NCBI GenBank assembly: GCA_046754465.1
Contig: JBHHVU010000054.1
Coordinates: 1-21,329 of the forward strand
DNA: 21,329 nt
Reading direction: 5' to 3'
Origin: Nitrospinaceae bacterium
Lineage (GTDB): Bacteria; Nitrospinota; Nitrospinia; Nitrospinales; VA-1
A model generated the notes under the pieces. The model was not told where the DNA came from and did no database searches. It saw only the letters and a program-made list of their open reading frames with translations. The position numbers were made by a program, and so were the translations under genes. Shown piece after piece: positions 17,580-21,329 of this stretch; position 1 is the stretch's first letter, and each line of letters starts with the position of its first letter.

Positions 17580-19298
17580 ATGGAAACAACGAGCCAAGTA
17601 CAGGAAGAATATCGAACCGTGCGGGAACAATGCGGCTATTTTCTCCTCGATTCCTGGAGTCTCGTGCGGGTTTCGGGGAAGGACATTTTTACTTTCCTGC
17701 AGACTCAAACCACCAACGACATCTTAAAACTGGAACTTGGGGAGGGTCAAAACAGCGCCATCGTGGACCGGAAAGGGCGTCTCGTCGCCCCCTTCTCCAT
17801 TCACCGTGATAAGGAGGAGTCAGTCCTTTTCCTTATCGAAACTAGTGCCCGCGAACACTGCGTCAATCATCTGGAGCATTTTCTTTTCCGGGAAGATGTT
17901 AAATTGGAAACCCCGGCTGGCGCGCTTCTTGCCCTCCAGGGTCCCATGAGCACCCTGGTTCTGGAACAGTGCGGCCGGGAAATAACTCTCCCCCAAAAAA
18001 CAAACGCCATCACAACCTTTACGTTCGAGGGAGAAGAAGTGGGGGTGATCAATAAATCCCTGACCGGCGAGGAGGGCTTCATCGTGTGCCTGTCGCGCCC
18101 CTTGTTGGAGAAATGGACCGATCGACTTTTAGAGATCAATGCCCCTTGTACTCCCTCACCCATCGGTTCGGAAACTTTCGATGTGCTTCGGCTGGAAGCG
18201 GGGCTCCCCCTATTCGACAAGGATATGAGCCAAAAAAATGTTCTTCCGGAAACGGGTCTCGAACACACATCCGTCAGCTATAACAAGGGGTGTTATATCG
18301 GGCAGGAAGTGATCGCAAGGATTAAAACCTATGGGGCGCCGAACGTCGCGTTGATGGGGTTGGTTCTGGAAAACGGCGTGCTTCCGCCTTTCGACAGCGA
18401 CATAATTCTGGGATCGAAAAAAATCGGCACCCTTAAAAGCGCCACGCATTCCCCGTCCCTGGGAAAATTCATCGCCCTGGCTTACATTCAAAAAGAGCAC
18501 CGAAGTCCGGATGTCGAAATGGAGGTGACCCTCGCGGGCCAGCCTTGTAAAATCCGGACCTTCCTTCTCCCCTTCTACCAGACCCAAACCCGCAAGGACC
18601 ACTCCAAAAGACTCCTGGACCAGGCGTTGAAGATCTACAAGAACGAGGAACAACTGGACACGCCGATAACCCTGCTCCGGGACGCCATCGCCCTGGATCC
18701 TAAAAACGCCGCGGCCTACGAGGCGCTGGGGGTTCTTCTTTCCAAACAAGGCGATCTCGACGAGGCCATCGCCCTGATGAAACGCCTGGTCGAAATAGAC
18801 CCCAACGAAATCATGGCTCACACCAACTTATCGGTTTATTACATGAAGCAAGGGCGCATCGAAGAGGCGGAACAGGAAAAAGGGGAGGCCACCGCAATCG
18901 AGTTCGAACGCATTGTGGCGCAAAGCATGGCCAAAAAAAGCAACCTGAAAAAAGTGGAAGAGGAAAAGAAAGAACGGGAAAGAAAAATCGAGATGTTCCG
19001 GAAGGTGCTGGAGATCGACCCGGTGGATCAAGTCGCCAATTTTGGCCTGGGTTCCATCTTCCTGGAAACCGAACGTTACGAAGAGGCCTTGAAACCCCTG
19101 CAAACCGTCATTGCGGAAAACAAGGATTATTCCGCCGCCTATCTTTTACTGGGGAAAAACCTGGAAAAACTTAGCCGATACCAGGAAGCCATCGAAGTGT
19201 ATCGTCAGGGAATTGCCGCGGCATCCAAAAAGGGAGACCTGATGCCCCTGAAAGAAATGCAAAGCCGGCTCAATCAATTGTTACATTCCGATTCCTGA
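17580..19298 (+). CDS. ygfZ: YgfZ/IBA57-family folate-binding protein fused to a C-terminal TPR domain
   Basis: GcvT-like fold (FLQTQTTND, LQGP, RLEAGLP) with the signature KGCYIGQEVIAR. Multiple TPR repeats after about 18590. ATG 17580 is preferred over TTG 17541. Confidence 0.9.
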   Translation: METTSQVQEEYRTVREQCGYFLLDSWSLVRVSGKDIFTFLQTQTTNDILKLELGEGQNSAIVDRKGRLVAPFSIHRDKEESVLFLIETSAREHCVNHLEHFLFREDVKLETPAGALLALQGPMSTLVLEQCGREITLPQKTNAITTFTFEGEEVGVINKSLTGEEGFIVCLSRPLLEKWTDRLLEINAPCTPSPIGSETFDVLRLEAGLPLFDKDMSQKNVLPETGLEHTSVSYNKGCYIGQEVIARIKTYGAPNVALMGLVLENGVLPPFDSDIILGSKKIGTLKSATHSPSLGKFIALAYIQKEHRSPDVEMEVTLAGQPCKIRTFLLPFYQTQTRKDHSKRLLDQALKIYKNEEQLDTPITLLRDAIALDPKNAAAYEALGVLLSKQGDLDEAIALMKRLVEIDPNEIMAHTNLSVYYMKQGRIEEAEQEKGEATAIEFERIVAQSMAKKSNLKKVEEEKKERERKIEMFRKVLEIDPVDQVANFGLGSIFLETERYEEALKPLQTVIAENKDYSAAYLLLGKNLEKLSRYQEAIEVYRQGIAAASKKGDLMPLKEMQSRLNQLLHSDS

Positions 19299-20983
19299 TT
19301 CTTCAAATAAGCCCATAAATCCCTACCCGGACGAAAGGCCCCCTTTTGCACCAGGCCCTGGGTCACCGATACGTTATGATCCATAAAAAACCAGAATCTC
19401 AACAATAACTTTTCTTCCGGGGTCGTGAAGGGGTCCTCCCAGAAAGTAACGGAGCGGTGATGGGCTATTTCATCATAGAGGCCGGAAGGAATATTCAAAC
19501 GCTTTTTTTTGACAAAAGCGTTGAACCCTTCCCGAAGCAGCGGTTGAAATTCCTTGCGGCTGATCTTGATTAGCTCCGAAACACTCGGCACGCGCGGACC
19601 ATGGTATTGAAAGAATTTCAACTTGTAATACTGATGGATGGTCTCCAGGCGGAAATAACAATGGAGGGAAACCACATCGGGACCGTAAACCTTGGTCAGA
19701 TATTTTCGGATCAAAGGTTTTCCTGCTTGCAAGAGTAATTTATTTAACCTTCCCCGCTCAAAAAGATGAATTCGGACGGTGCTCAAGTGTTTGCGGCATT
19801 GGGTTTCGATATCTTTTCTCAATTTTTCGGACTGGGCGGGAATGCGGTACCAATAAATTTCCTCCCGGGCCACCTGGAGGGCCAGATTGAACGCTTCAAA
19901 AATTTGTTGATTGTTGGACCGCTTCGCCTGGCGCGCGATTTTATAGGAATTTTCACTGGAAAACCCAATCTCAATCAATTGATCCTGGAACCCTTTGCGG
20001 CTCCCCATGAGGACCCCCCCCCGCTCCTTGATGTGATTTTTAGCCTTTGTCACTCCGCGTAACGCCAGGCTGACATCCCGGGGAATCAGTTTGAGCCCGA
20101 AACCCTGCGCGAACTCATAAATTTCCTCAAGGGTTTTATAATTTAACTTATCGATATATAAAAATTTTTGAATGCTGGGTTCCTGAAATCCACAGCTTTC
20201 AAAAATTTTGATTTTCTTATATTTGACCTCTTCCCAATATTTCCGGGTCCCCTCTTTCTTCAGGAACTGGGCCCGGATTTCCGATTTCGCCTTAAAAAAA
20301 TAACTCCGCAACAAATACCATTTTATTTTTAAGGTGGACGCAATGATCCAACGGTATTTGGGAGTCAGGATGGTCAGCTTGGGGTCCTCCAGCAATTCCA
20401 TTTCCTCGGTTTCCAGGATATATTCCAATAATTCCAGATGCCGTTCCAAAAGAATGGGGTTGATCTGTTCGACAAATTTTCGGAATATGGTTTTCCAGCG
20501 AAATACGTCGAATTTCGCCGCTTCCAGGGCCGTAGCGTCTTTTTGCGCCATTTCCGCTATTCTTTTTTTTACGCAATATATGCCATTTTTTTCAATTTTA
20601 TCGAACAGGTCGTCCCGAGCGACGATATCCCGGATCTTTATCTGCTTTAGCCGGTTTATCACCCGGGGTATTTTTTGAGCCAGGGTCTGATCAAATTCAT
20701 CATACGTTTCGATGGGCAGGAAATAGACTTCTTCCAGCAAATGATAAACTCCGTCCAGGGAAATATCCCTTTTTTTGGCCAGTTTCTTATAAAGATCAAA
20801 GTTGAGGTTCTTCCTTCCTCTTTGACAAGCACGAATGTCGTTTAAATAATTTCGTGCCCGGCTCAATTCTTCCCCTTGGGAATAAGGATCATTAATGATT
20901 CGTAAAAACAAATGCTCTGCCCTTTGGAGCTCACGTTGCGCGAGCAATTCCAAGCCCTGGGTCATTGGATCAAAGATAAACAT
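19274..20983 (-). CDS. Large hypothetical, basic, helical protein of unknown function
   Basis: Uninterrupted ORF of about 570 aa (581 aa from TTG 21019; first ATG at 20983). TPR-like N-terminus. The 3' end overlaps ygfZ by 25 nt. Confidence 0.8.
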   Translation of the reverse strand: MFIFDPMTQGLELLAQRELQRAEHLFLRIINDPYSQGEELSRARNYLNDIRACQRGRKNLNFDLYKKLAKKRDISLDGVYHLLEEVYFLPIETYDEFDQTLAQKIPRVINRLKQIKIRDIVARDDLFDKIEKNGIYCVKKRIAEMAQKDATALEAAKFDVFRWKTIFRKFVEQINPILLERHLELLEYILETEEMELLEDPKLTILTPKYRWIIASTLKIKWYLLRSYFFKAKSEIRAQFLKKEGTRKYWEEVKYKKIKIFESCGFQEPSIQKFLYIDKLNYKTLEEIYEFAQGFGLKLIPRDVSLALRGVTKAKNHIKERGGVLMGSRKGFQDQLIEIGFSSENSYKIARQAKRSNNQQIFEAFNLALQVAREEIYWYRIPAQSEKLRKDIETQCRKHLSTVRIHLFERGRLNKLLLQAGKPLIRKYLTKVYGPDVVSLHCYFRLETIHQYYKLKFFQYHGPRVPSVSELIKISRKEFQPLLREGFNAFVKKKRLNIPSGLYDEIAHHRSVTFWEDPFTTPEEKLLLRFWFFMDHNVSVTQGLVQKGAFRPGRDLWAYLKNQESECNN

Positions 20984-21172
20984 AAACTTTAAACCTACTA
21001 TAAAATCCGAATTCGTCAAAAATATGATTCCGAATCATGAAGGTAACAAAACCCTTTAATCATCAAGTGATTTTTAGATGCGTGTTTCCCGTCCAGGGAT
21101 TTCAATTAATTATCAGCGAGGAGGGCAAATCTGTATTGGAAAGATAAAGAAAAAAGGGGGAGAGGCAGAATG

Positions 21173-21207
21173 AAAAAAAGGGATCGGCTGCATAACAGCC
21201 GATCCCT
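21173..21207 (-). terminator. Strong intrinsic terminator
   Basis: Perfect 12-bp stem AGGGATCGGCTG/CAGCCGATCCCT with a 5-nt loop, followed by a T run on the minus strand. Confidence 0.9.
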
Positions 21208-21234
21208 GAAGAGATCAATAGACCAAAAACTGGC

Positions 21235-21327
21235 TCAGTAGACCAACTCCTGCCACTGAGTGATAGCTTTCTGTCCGTTTCTTTCCTTGTTCTGACCATT
21301 CCAGACCGCGATCGCCATCGGCGTTTT
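21235..21327 (-). CDS. C-terminus of a DMSO-reductase type II heme-b subunit (EbdC / NxrC-like), truncated by the window edge
   Basis: Manual translation KTPMAIAVWNGQNKERNGQKAITQWQELVY* matches the family end motif A(F/I)AVW(D/N)GxxxERxGxK...W. Not in the ORF track. Confidence 0.75.
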   Translation of the reverse strand, partial: KTPMAIAVWNGQNKERNGQKAITQWQELVY

Positions 21328-21329
21328 GC

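Noticed and set aside
21102..21299. 65 aa minus-strand ORF from the track
   Set aside because: It is out of frame with the motif-bearing NxrC-like tail and runs through a strong terminator.

Overview
21.3 kb of gene-dense bacterial chromosome with about 27 CDS. I found no mobile element, CRISPR array, rRNA or tRNA. Gene content, plus a truncated EbdC/NxrC-type heme-b subunit at the right edge, suggests a Nitrospina-like nitrite oxidiser (inference). Left to right: partial S1-domain protein, surE, 2-Cys peroxiredoxin, CDF exporter and PhnP-like hydrolase, small CPCC protein, bioD, an OmpR-type two-component system divergent from a delta-9 acyl-lipid desaturase, MgtC, DUF2797, three small orphans, PiT and DUF47, MBL hydrolase, secreted S1/P1 nuclease, plsC, an Fe-S maturation locus, a 570-580 aa orphan, and the 3' end of the NxrC-like gene with its terminator. 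The best candidate system is the Fe-S locus: bolA, monothiol grx (CGFT) and a Cys-less pseudo-peroxiredoxin lie divergent from iscA and a ygfZ-TPR fusion. It mirrors the mitochondrial GLRX5/BOLA/ISCA/IBA57 late-ISC set and includes a repeated palindromic operator and a structured intergenic RNA. Also notable are an 11-bp direct-repeat box linking the two-component system to the desaturase promoter and an apparent RpsA/PNPase chimeric S1 domain at the left edge.
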